Source: Phoronis australis
Taxonomy: Eukaryota; Animalia; Phoronida
Length of the DNA stretch: 64,000 nt
Reading direction: 5' to 3'
Assembly: GCA_002633005.1 (NCBI GenBank)
Contig: NMRA01000091.1
Coordinates: 322,445-386,444, forward strand
In this document: piece after piece, positions 52,161 to 64,000 of the stretch
Position numbering within the stretch: position 1 is the first letter of the stretch
How the letters are laid out: each line of letters opens with the position of its first letter
Made by a program: the position numbers and the translations under genes
Notes under the pieces: model-generated
Databases searched by the model: none
What the model saw: only the letters and a program-made list of their open reading frames with translations
Told to the model about the DNA's origin: nothing

Positions 52161-53386
52161 CTGCAAGAAAGACAAATTCCACAACGTCTGAACTTTCGTA
52201 GGCTGGAGCATCTGTAGAATTACAAATTTTTCACACTGAAAAAGCGCGAGTCAGTACACAGGCAGAGATTACAGTTACCAGAGTGGAGAGGAGAAACCAC
52301 AAATTTCTGCTGGCAATAAAGTAGTCTTAAAAGTTATGTAACATCTTATCCACAACTCTCTGTGCAATCAGCCAAATATCTACCAAACTATGAGAGGAAT
52401 ACCCTGCATCTTCTACAAGCAGGAAGCCTGTAGAATGTTCTTCTGACGTAACCAATCTATCATGGATTGGGTCATTTGATCATATCTCTTTAGTGCAATT
52501 TAGCAAAAATATGAAGGCAAGATTAGCATAACAGCGGTATCAATAAAGTGACTAAATTTTAGTCATCATAAATGTTCAAGACGTAACCTCATCAAAAAAA
52601 TTTGTTTTTTTATTTATGATTACGTTCACTTGTTTCGCACAAAGTAAATTAACTTTCTTTACTCAGAGTGTGACAAACAAAATGACTATAGATGGCAGGT
52701 GTGCGAAATTAACTATATATAACCAAGCATCGCCAACTGGCCATTGTTGAATCCTGTCAGTGGAAGGACTTAGGAAGATACTGAAGCAGGTGAAGCATCA
52801 TGGGAAATAAAAATGGAGTAAACCACTGTTTTTTTACCTAAATTAGCAGGGATATGCCTAGCCACTCGCCCAGTCGCCGATGCGACTAAAAACTGTATTG
52901 GGCAAGTAAAAGATCACAGGCCAGTCGCTCAGGTGGCGAGTGAATTTTCAGAGCACTGCTGCACTCTGTCGTACCCCAGACTTTTGTAGGCTCCAAATAA
53001 ACTTTCTCTTTCATTTGGTGTTTTTATCCTGAATTTAAGGTTAACTTTAGTACATGTCTCAGTGCTCCAGCAGTAAAAAAAAACATCGACACAGTGCGCT
53101 CTAACCTAGCCAGTGGACATTTAACTTAATGTTGATTTGTCTAGACGAAAGATCACAGTGAGTGCAAGACATTTTTATGAAAACAATACTCGGGGCTTAC
53201 CGATGAACAAAGTCGGTACCCGAAATATCGGCGATGTTTTATTTTGTGACAACCTAAGTGAAGAAATTGAATGGCGTGTGATTTCGAAACTTCGTAAGCC
53301 GCCTTACTGCGAGCAGCTTAGTTGGCGACATGAAAGTTGAATCAGCCCTCTCCAACTGACATGTGTATTCAAGTAACTAAGTATCA

Positions 53387-53637
53387 GGAGTACAAGCATA
53401 GCATAATGCACGAACCACCTACAAACCTATCAATCAGGCATATGAACCTATCAATCAGGCATACGAACCTATCAATCATACATATGAACGCAAAAATAAC
53501 GCATACGAACAAAAAAAATCGTACAAACCACAAAAATCACACATACATATGCGTGATTTTTGGTTTCCTATGCATGGTCCGTATGCATGATCCATAGGTT
53601 CGTAGGTGGTTCGTGGGAAAGACTCTATGGTACCTCC
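53387..53637. mobile_element. Small MITE-like inverted-repeat element with internal 21-bp repeats
   Basis: cacgaaccacctacaaacctat vs ataggttcgtaggtggttcgtg; ggag-tac / gtacctcc ends. Confidence 0.7.
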
Positions 53638-53763
53638 GAATATGCAACGTGATGTAGGAGAAAATACACTTTGGAAAATAACCACGACTTTTCTATGACT
53701 GAACTGTTATATAATTGTGAGCAAAGTCGTCAAAGGTAGATAACTCTTAAGTGCAACAAACTA

Positions 53764-55221
53764 CCATATTCGCCCTAATAAGAACCCATGCCCCTATAAG
53801 CGCCCCCATGCTTTTTCAGACTTTGTTAAAATAAGCGCCCCGGCCCATGAACGTCTGCATGTGAAAAATACCTTACCTACAGTTCTAAAATTCTACAGTA
53901 ATGTCTTCAATTTACCAATTAAATCCGACAGTCCTGAAACAATCATTGGCCACGGCATGAGCCTCGCTGCCATGTCAGCATTTAGCCGTGACTATACACT
54001 GCCGCCGTGCTTCAAAAAGGACGCAAAAGTTTTGCTGATCTTACGAGGAACGTGTCCCATAATGGTCTGGCCTTTCAAAACAGACGCAGCGTACATGTCA
54101 AAAGGATTTATTGTATCTTTCTTTCCCCTACAGATCTTCTCCCTCAATAGGAATCCAGATTTCTTTGTACACGTGAAAACCGCAAATCGAAAACTAATAA
54201 AAACTTGATCTGTGTTTAAAGCACGTGGCCAGGAGCGCAGCCTACCTAGATGTATCAGTACCTTTCACTGAAGACATTAGTCTTCAGGAACTATCTATTC
54301 ATGAAATGGGTAGCATAGCACCGGCAAGAATTACCCTAATTTCCAAAAGGTTCTAATACAATAAAAACGTTTGCGTTATTTTTAAGAGGAACTATTTAAT
54401 TAATCGTAATTGGTGTTTTTAAAGTCAAAATGACCCATTGATAGTGAACACTTCCACACCTTTACACCCCCGAATCTCCCGTAAAATAACTTCTAGACTG
54501 TCACGCATCCAGTCATCCGGCGACTCAATGACATTTAATTTCGGCCTGACTGAGACAATTCTCCAACGGAATTAGCAGGTGAGATCAACAAGTGCTAAAT
54601 AAACACATTTCTTTTTCTTTACTGCTTGTGTTAATTTCTTTAGTTACAATGCACACCTATATTGTTACATGGCGTTTACTGTCAGTAGCAAATGAACTCT
54701 GATGACATGCACGCACTCGCTCACTCACACACACGCAGACGAATTTCAAAACAAATATCACGTGACAACAGATTTTTCTTGTGTTGCGGGGTACGATCTA
54801 GCGCAGATTTGGACTTACCATCTGCAGTTAATTCTGACTAAACAGGAACTTAAAAATCTTAGGTACGCTATTTTGAAAACTTAAGGAGGACTTCAGGTAA
54901 TTTGTTGAGTCGAAACTATATTTTTATTCAAGAATTCAAGTTGATCAGCAATCATGAGGCAGGGACGCATAAGTCGGCGAGTTTTTGCCCTGGGATTGCA
55001 GTACAATTTTCTGAAAATGAGCGTAATTTAACAACGAAGTTTGATAACATTTCACCACAATTTGTCGTAGGCTACAGATACGTCCCAGAGCGTAAATTTG
55101 ATGAATCCTAGCTTACGATTTCACCTGTTTCGGGAACCGGGTTTCAACCCCCTTAGGCAATAACCCCACCCCGGAAACGAATTTTTCTAAGCTCCCTGGG
55201 CACTTATTAGGGCGAATACGG
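53764..55221 (+). mobile_element. Non-autonomous TA-flanked DNA transposon (Tc1/mariner-pogo-like), copy 1
   Basis: TIRs ta|ccatattcgccctaataag ... cttattagggcgaatacgg|tg; no transposase ORF. Confidence 0.8.
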
Positions 55222-56451
55222 TGCTTCCTTTTGTTCACAGTCCAAATTTTGGAACACCAATTTACGTGATCATGGTCTTTAACCTGAATGCTTGCAATAA
55301 TAAAGAATTGAACAACAGCAGTAGTAAGAAATATTAGGCCTTGGCATATCCCTGTTAAAACAGTAAGAATTCTTCATGACAACAAGGTTGTCATTTTTTC
55401 AAGTTCCAGAAGTTTGCCATTATAGTATCTAGCACAGTACTATAATCAGTAGAGAATATTTAATTCCCAAAAACATGAAATGTTCATTTGATCATAACAG
55501 TTTTTATTAACACAAAGTTTTTCTTCGGAGTTTTTTGAAACTGCCAATCCCAACAGTGTTTTCTCATTTTTAGCTTCAAACCAGAAAATTTCCCAAATTG
55601 GACAATTAAATTCAAGGAACGTCTCAAAGCCCTTTCCTAATACATTACTACCGAAGCTTCGACATTAACCGTGGTAAAACCCGAAGTTAAGCGTTAGATT
55701 AGAAGTGTCACTACTATTTGACAGAAAATTCAAATGGCCAAAAGGTGGCTCTGAATTGGGACGAAAGAAGCCAACTCTAGTTTATTAGTTCAATGCCTGC
55801 GATAGAAAACTATTCTAGTGTCAGGAGCATGACACGTCATTTTTTGTTATTTCTTGGTCTTCTGAATTTCACTTAATCAAGACCCGAGCACGGACAACTA
55901 AGCATTTGCCCCATGTTCTTCATCGCGGTATTGCGGTAGTAGGCTATACCAACGTATCTGGCGTAATAAACATTCCCCCTTACGCTCTTAATAACAAACT
56001 ATATTATTAACCAATAAAGTACTGATGTTATTTCACCAGCTATTTACTATCAGAGCTGAGTCATCACTCACTCTTCAAGCAAAATTGGGAAAACGCCTCG
56101 GAGACAAATGACAAGGAATGGAGGTCTAAGACTTTACGACTGGATCCCTCCAAATGGGAAGGTTGACATTGTCTGATAAGAACATATTTCACAAATATCC
56201 ATCAAGGAACTCATCAACAGAAAGGCAAGGTCAATAGCGGGATAAAAGATTTGTCTGAAAATGAACACTGGTTGTGTCTCCCTTGATAGGAATGCAATCT
56301 CAAGAATTCATGATAATCCTTCAAGGGGTTTGAGCTATACAGAAGTGTGTGTCGGACATCCAATGCGGAAGACAACAATATGCAATCACATATTTTGTAC
56401 ATGGGGTAAAAACAATAAAAATATAAATACCAACTATTGCCACAACATATA

Positions 56452-57928
56452 CCGTATTCACCCTAATAACCGCCCAGGGCGCTTAGAAAAGTTCGTTTCA
56501 GGGGGGGTGCTTATTATAACCCAGGCCGTTGAAACCCGGTCTCCGAAACGGGTGAAATCGGAAGCCAAGATTCATCATATTTATGCTTTGTGACGTATCT
56601 GTAATCTATGAAAGACTTTCTACAAAACCGTGGTGCATTGCTATCAAACTTTGCTGCTAAATTACGATCATTTTACAGAAAATTGTGCTGAAATCCCAGG
56701 GCGAAAACTCGCCGACTATTTGCCTCGCAATCGTCCATATGGTGACTTGAATGCTTGAATAAAAATACAGTTTCGACTCAAGCAAATTACCTGAAATCCT
56801 CCTTAAGTTTTCCAAGTAGCGTCCCTAAGATTTTTTTTAAGTTCCCAGCAAGTTTAAGTACAAATCTGTGCTAGTACATGGTGCCATTTACATGTATGAT
56901 GGCAACATGAGACAAATGTCAGACTGAATTAACACACATGTTGTTGTCACGTGACGTTTGTTTTGAAGTTGTCTGCGTTTGGGAGTAAGCGAGCGCGTGC
57001 ATGTCACCAGAGTTCATTTGCCAGAGCAGATACCGTCTTTTGGCCAGAGCCACGCAATCTAACGAGCTAGATGTGCATTGTATCTAAAGAAATTTGCACA
57101 AGCAGTAGGCCTAAACCAGAGCGTGTTTCATTCAGCACTTGCCGGTCTCATGTGCTAAAAACGTTCGACATTTGTCTCAGTAAGGCCATATTAGTCGCCG
57201 TGTGGCTGGATGCGGCGTACGTGACTATCTGACGGTTATTTTTCGGTGTAAGGGTGTGTAAGCATTCACTGTCAGTGGTCATTTTATCGGATATTTGGCT
57301 TAAAAACACCAATTATGGTTAATCAACAATTCATCTTAAAAATAACGTAAAATTTTTTCATAATATTAGAAACTATTGGAAATTAGTGCCAATATTCATT
57401 TCTTGCCGATGCTATGCTACCCGTTTCATGAATGGATAGTTCCCGACTAATATCTTTGATGACAGGTTCATGTATGTAGCGCGCGCTTCCTGGCCACGTG
57501 CTTTTAACAGTTTTCACGTGTAGGCCTGCAAAGAAATTTGGATTCCTGTTGAAAGCGGGAAATATCTACAAATCAATCCCGTAGACAAGTACACTACTTC
57601 TGTTCTGAAAGGCCATACCATTGGTCCTCGCAATGTCAGCAGAACTTTTGCGTTCGTTTTGAGGCATGGCGGAAGTTTGAAGTGTATAGTCACGGCTAAA
57701 TACCTAAATAGCGGCAAGGCTCGTGGTCTACAAATCCTGCGCACAATAATTTTTTCAGGACTGTCGGATATTATTGATAAACTGAAGACGTTACTGTAGA
57801 ATTTTAGGACTGTAGGTAAGGCATTCTTCGCATGTACATGTTCATGGACTGTGCGCTTATTTTAGCAAAGTCTGAAAACACGTGGGGGGCGCTTATAAGG
57901 GCATGGACGGTTATTACGGCAAAAACAG
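56452..57928 (-). mobile_element. Same family, copy 2, in inverted orientation
   Basis: ta|ccgtattcaccctaataa ... ttattacggcaaaaacag|ta; internal sequence collinear with the reverse complement of copy 1 (ORF-track peptides LPPCFKKDAKVLL vs LPPCLKTNAKVLL). Confidence 0.8.
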
Positions 57929-58769
57929 TATACATTTTCTGTAAAGCCTCGTACAGAGTCTTGCTTTGAACACAATTATCCAGAACAATGTGTTGGAAAA
58001 TGACATTTTTTGTAAAAATTGGTTCTCTTGATGAGTTAAAGGTTCAGAATTTCCCACAATAACATCATAGACCAAATGGACTTCAACATTGCTGTTCCCA
58101 CGCATTTTGAAATACCAGAAATATTTTAGGAAAAAATTACACGGGATTAATTCCACAAACGGACGTGTCCTCAAAGAATTAACGAATACCTGAATGTTAC
58201 GTTCTCCCTAGTAGCTGACAGTGACACTACAGTCAGTACAGTGCAATGGTGGTGAAGCGGTTTTATGATGCAGACAATAATCAGAATTTTAATTGAATCA
58301 ACAAACCACAAAGATCACAAATGAATTTTCTCCTTTATTACTCCAACAACATTTGGTGGAACTCAGAATCCCGGCAAAATCGCATCCCAACACTAAAATT
58401 TTTCTCAGTAAAAATTTGCTTGCAAAATATGCTGGATTATTTCCATTGAATTTTCAAATGGCAACAGCCTTATTAATCTATCCTGAAATTAGCATTTTCA
58501 CAATAACAATGCATGGGTCGTTGCTTTACTCAAATAAAAATGAAAGCGCTATGCCAAAATCAACTGAAGCAATGAAAAATCTTCATTTGCAATTCAAAAT
58601 TACGAAAAAATCATGATCTTAGCACAACTCTAACTCCGGTTTCGAATAGTAATGCCATAACCCAACCACTTGACCACCAGAGGTCGTCAGGTTATGCTAC
58701 TAAAACTTGAGCTATAAAAACAAAGAAGAAACTCACAATAAAGTGTTCCATATAACAACATGCAATTAA

Positions 58770-59676
58770 AGGGGAAGGCAACCTTTTTTCATGTCATTTT
58801 TAGCAAAAATAAGGTTCATTGAATATCCCAGACGCATTCTTCACTTAATGACAGGTTTCCGTTTTTTAATCAATAATTCGTCCTCTACTTCGGAAGTGAC
58901 GTTTTGGGAGGCAAGAATTCCGTGCCAATTTCTTTTCATATAGTGCGACTGCGAGAGCTGTCTAGTCAGTCATTGTTCTACCTCAGTTGTGATAAGTTCG
59001 GTCATCGTTTGCTTTGGTTACGAGTCAGTCAACATGCCACACTGTTGCTGCTTACCGGGATATATTCATTATCACCCAGAGCCTGTAAGCAGCCCTGCTG
59101 CGATGATGAGTAACGGGAGTGAATACAGGCCCAATTAGACATAAGAGTGAAGCGAACAGTTCGTCGTCCAATGAACAGATTGGTGAGCAAAACATTGGTA
59201 AGTTTATTGTGGACTTGTCTAAAGTATTGGAGCTTTTGAGAAGGTGCCAGATGTGTGGCGAGGGAGTCACACGATGGGATGTAAGCAGTTTGTGTGCTCA
59301 GGTAACCATCCAGTGGGAGTGTGTCGCGGGACACTCGGGCAAGTGGGACAGTTATTCCTCTGTCCGTGAGACGGTAATGAGTACATCCCGGCACACAGCA
59401 ACATTGTGGCATGTTGACTGACTCGTAAACAAAAGTAAACGATGACCGAACTTATCACAACTGAGGTAGAGCGATGACCGACTTGGCAGCTCTCACAGTC
59501 GGTCTATATGAAAAGAAATTGGCGCGAAATTCTTGCCTCCCAAAACGTCACTTCCGAAGTAGCAGATGAGTAATTGTTTAAATAATAAGAAGCTGTAATA
59601 AACTGAAACATATGTCTGGGATAATCAACAAACCTTATTTTTGCTAAAAATGACAAGAAAAAGGTTGCCTTTGCCT
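58770..59676. mobile_element. Internally deleted Kolobok-like DNA transposon with ~290-bp inverted arms
   Basis: TTAA on both sides (58766-69, 59677-80), AGG...CCT termini, THAP-like start MPQCCCVPGC, and internal peptide KFIVDLSKVLELLRRCQMCG...WECVAGHSGKWDS. Confidence 0.8.
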
Positions 59677-62390
59677 TTAAGCTGACAATTAGACGAAATT
59701 CAGAAAATGTGCAATATTAGCCTATGGGCCATACGCCACAGAAGACTTGTAAAATCACTTCTATGACTATCTTAGAATGATATAACTTATTTTTGTGTAC
59801 CCTTTAAAAACTGACAGCCAACATCTACTAAGGCCAATAAACTACATCCATCATAATCTCTGAGTGTTATAATCCAGCAACTTAATGGCAAGCCATAGGA
59901 AAAAACTTGACACTTGGATCTGATCATGACAGAAATATAGGTTTCAAGCTACTAAGACAACACTTAGAGCATGTTTCCTGTCAATCAAACAAGAAGTGCA
60001 TTTGTCCAGCTTAACTCCAGTTTGGATTATACTCTGCCCATGGCAGATGATATTGATCCTGCATAACTACAGGGCATACCAGAGAAACAGCTTTCATTGC
60101 ACAGACACATAAAAGCTGTCACAATCGTCCTGAAAACCCCATAACCAAACATCGGATCCCAAAACCGAAAACCTATAAAAAAGTTCATCGCGGAATCTTT
60201 TCCAAAGAGTTTGAAGAAAATGTAGATTTTGATCACATTTTTTTATAATAAAACTCGAATAAAAAAGTAGCTTTAAGAAAAAAATTGCCAGTGTTCCTTC
60301 AGAGGAGTATTTTAAAGAAACTTTAAAGATCAGTTCTGGAAATGTTTGTTCAATCTGTTCATCAACCATCTACATGGCAAATGAATACAAAATGGCGGCA
60401 ATGGGCACAATTTTGAAAGAAAGTCTCAATCAAAAATCAGCAAATTAATGTACATCATGCAAATAAAACAAATAACAACTTTAAGTCATTACAATCATAA
60501 CTTGGTTAGGAAAAATGTTTCAGCAAAAATTGGGTTACCTCCCGATTGAAAGGTTGAAACTTTGCAATTCGGTACCACACGTGTTGTGTTATATATGTGC
60601 CAATATTGAGCCTGTATGATGAAAATGCAGGTTTATTCAAGGGTGAGTTTTACTCAAGGGTGATTTTGAAAATGGCCGCCACATATGTTGTTTTGTATCT
60701 GATTATGACGAAAAGCAATAGGTTTTGAGCTATTGGCGAGATACAAGATGTGCGTAAATTTCATGTCGATTGGAAAAAATGCGACCTGTAGCGCACATGC
60801 AAATGAAAGACAAAGCAAAGCAACATCTTATCGAAATTCATTTGGTCAAGTAAAAAGTTAAATTAAGTGCTTTTAGCTTAAAATTCATCCATTCAACATG
60901 TTTGAACTCCTGAACCCCACTCCAGTAATGGATTTAGACGGTAAGCATCAAAGGAACGCCATGAGATGTGCAACCTCCCATCAACTGAGAGGTCAGTGAT
61001 CCTAAAGTTAGAGAAATAAAATCAGTTAACAAGTGCTGCAACTGATTGACCATTGCATACTAATGACAACATGAAGCTACATCTACTTGAAATACATTAA
61101 CAACTGTACGATAAAAGCAACACAAAACTACTGCAAGAAATCAATTCAGAAACAATATTTAAACAAAACAGCAATGCTTCCCTTATTTTGTACAAAAACA
61201 ATTTCCAAAATCGCCTTTTCTCCAATTTTTCATAGAGTGGTAGAAAATTTTAATCTTACCAAATGTCAATTGTATAGTAAATAGGTGAGGAACCACCTGT
61301 ACCATAACTGTGACAAAGGTGACTGGCATTCGACCATAATGCAGGGTTAGCTTTTAAGACTACACTGTTTCCGATTTGCTGTGCATGCCAAATAAGGTTG
61401 TCGACCAGTGCAAGCACTTCACAAATATTGAAATTAAACATGTTACCAATTCAATTATAAATTGTTAAGTGTTACAGATCCTACAAAGCAGAAAAAATCC
61501 TCCAACATACCTGTCTCCACAATTAGGTGTAGGTAAAAATGATATAATCAATATTTGATGCCGTATTGGCAAAATTAATTAGTATACATTTCTCAACCAT
61601 AACAATTGGCAAATTAAGCACTTTCGTTTGATTTGAAAATGCGAGTTAACCACGACTCCACTTTTTGGGAAGTTTCATCAAAGGCCGTCTACTTTGGTAA
61701 ACTGATTTTCTAAAAGCTCTGAATAGCTGACGAAATAGCCGCGCCACATTTAAAGTCACTAACCCGCCAGACGCCAATCAGGTCTTTGGTGGACAGGCAT
61801 TCATAGCCACCGAGATCCCATGTAATGCAGACCGGATGTTTCAACATACTGGTATAAACAACATTTTACCACCATTGTTGTTATTATAATGCTGGTAAAT
61901 TTCCACTGCCCTGCAGTGGGATATACTAAAGCCTTAGGAAAAGGGCAAAGCTTCTGAAATATCAATGGGTGAACATGGACACCATGTTACATACATTTCC
62001 CACTGCGAAGAACAATCTACCGACAAAGCCAGTGACTGCGGCTGATAAGGCGTAAGAATTTTGATCTCAGTCGATGTCAAAAAGCTAATATAAGTTAGGG
62101 AACTAAACTTACCAAACAACAGGAGGCGCTGACAGTGGAATTTATTCCTCTGCTCTTAAATTAATGAGCCACTATGTAGTAATTGAATTTCTATCCACCA
62201 AATCAGAGTCGGGATCAATCGGAAGTCACTTCTGTGCTCTCATTACTCTAGAGAGCACCAAAAGTCACCTATTGAGTGTCACAACCTCAGTTATCAACCA
62301 ATTGATTGCGGAATGAAAGCTCTCTGACAGAGTGACTTGGTGAAATTAACTGAAGGATGAAGCAAGAAAACAAAGGTAGCCACACCATAA

Positions 62391-62794
62391 GTACCGTTTA
62401 CACTTACAAAGTTGACACGGAACAGCTGACACGAAACAAGTTGTTCCAGTGTGTAAACGGACTGACACGGAGCAAATTGACACTGTGGTGACAAATTTTT
62501 GCCACCCGTTTGTGAGGTATAGCAATTTGCATCCGACCATCTTGCGCCGTGTCAATTATAAGTCTAAACGCAAAACTGGAGCAAGGCTTAAAGGATCATC
62601 TCTACTGCGCTTGTGCAATGACCTATGTACGGGTTCTTTGTCTATGCAACTCTCGTCATTTGTAAACCTGGGCATGTACGCTCCAGTCTCTCCAGCCACG
62701 GTTAGTGAGTTGTGTGTGTAAACGTCCGCTTTACACGGGGTCAATTTGCTCCGTGTCAGTTGCAACGGGCCAAAAGTTGATGTCTAAACGGGAC
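62391..62794. mobile_element. PIF/Harbinger-like MITE
   Basis: gtaccgtttacac ... gtctaaacgggac termini; internal inverted ctgacacggagcaaattgac / gtcaatttgctccgtgtcag. Confidence 0.65.
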
Positions 62795-64000
62795 TATAGA
62801 CAGCAATGACCATGATACCAAGAACGATACAGAAGACGCCTGCACCATCACAAAAAACAAGATTGCCAAAGATGGCGAAACTGCCTCTAACAACGATGGC
62901 AATGCTCACACACAGACAACAATCTCAAAGCTACAAATATTGATGTCATCACTGACATGAAACCGGCATTGTCAACAATGGTGTCACTAACATCGATCAT
63001 GGCATAAAACTTGCTCAACATCCTCTAGACTGACAACAATGATGGGCGCCTCCGACACCAACGACTCTGGAAATGACATCATCATCACCACAGTCGTGGT
63101 AATCCTAACCATCATCATCAAACATTGATGACGAAACTGATAAATAAGCAAAGGTCTACAACATAAGTCAATCAACAAGAAAGCAAGGAATGGTCATGGA
63201 TCTGACAAGAAGAGAGGTCATCAGAAAATGTAGCTCAAGAACAGCCAGCCCTAGTGAAAAACCGTCAATCGTGTAGTGCTTGATGAGATCAATACATATA
63301 CCAAGTTTCATGAAGATTTGAGGCTCTAAAAAACACTGTCTTTTAAAAAATGGCTGTCATGGCAACATCTAGTGCCTAACATGTCCAAAACTTAAGGTAA
63401 ACAAGTTTTGAGCTATCAATTAGTTATGTATGCCGTGGTGTATAAACTTCCAAATTGATTGGTGGTGCGAATGAAATTACAGACTGTATCGAAGCCCGAA
63501 ACAGATGGCACACTCCAGATAGCCATTGACAATTTTTTAGATTTATCGAAGCACCAAATGTCATAAGAATCTCAAAAAGGGCCATAAAGCAAAACCTTTG
63601 AAAAATCTCCATTACAGTGCCATCTTGTAGCTGAGCTTTTTTGGTTAAAATTTCACATCCATCGGACAACAACCTGATGCACGCATAAAAATAAATTCAT
63701 GACACAGCAAGACTATAATGAAACTGCATACGTGGTGAAGGAAAAGGAAAATTTATCGTTGAAAACAGAGTTGAATAACTTCATCATATGTTATCTAGGA
63801 AAGTCAGCTACGGAAATGACCTTTCTCCATCCCAATTCATTAATGCCACCCTCGGAGTTCTTTTTCTCATACCAAGCCACATACCTGAGAGGACAAAATA
63901 GCCACCTAAGTTGGCTGTAGGTGCCTGATGACCATTCCCATATGCGAGACACCACCAGAAAACATATCAGCACCACTGGCTGAGAAGTTGGGCTTAGCTA

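Noticed and set aside
62800-63180. Possible first coding exon of the GRB-like gene
   Set aside because: GAT/CAT-rich low-complexity sequence; I could not find a convincing open frame with a phase-compatible donor.

Overview
Eukaryotic, intron-rich, AT-rich genomic DNA from an animal, probably a non-arthropod invertebrate (inference). Two convergent protein-coding genes can be assembled exon by exon with GT-AG junctions and consistent phases. The first is a CDK12/CDK13-family kinase on + (9 exons, 3896-13464; 5' exon(s) outside the window). The second is a GRB7/10/14-family adaptor on - (14 exons, 52160-30433; Pro-rich, RA, PH, BPS and SH2 regions; first exon not located). Between their 3' ends (about 18.3-26.1 kb) lies a cluster of Helentron/HINE-like non-autonomous elements. 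Their ~145-bp internal monomers, arranged as a ~430-bp trimer, each carry a CTCF-consensus-like motif, giving roughly 35 co-oriented sites; this is the most striking feature. Other notable items are intronic tandem repeats that are decayed copies of adjacent splice junctions, an internally deleted Kolobok-like element, an inverted pair of TA-flanked DNA elements, several MITEs, SINE and LINE fragments, and two duplications flanking single 'n' bases that are probably assembly artefacts. Most short ORFs in the supplied track are spurious.
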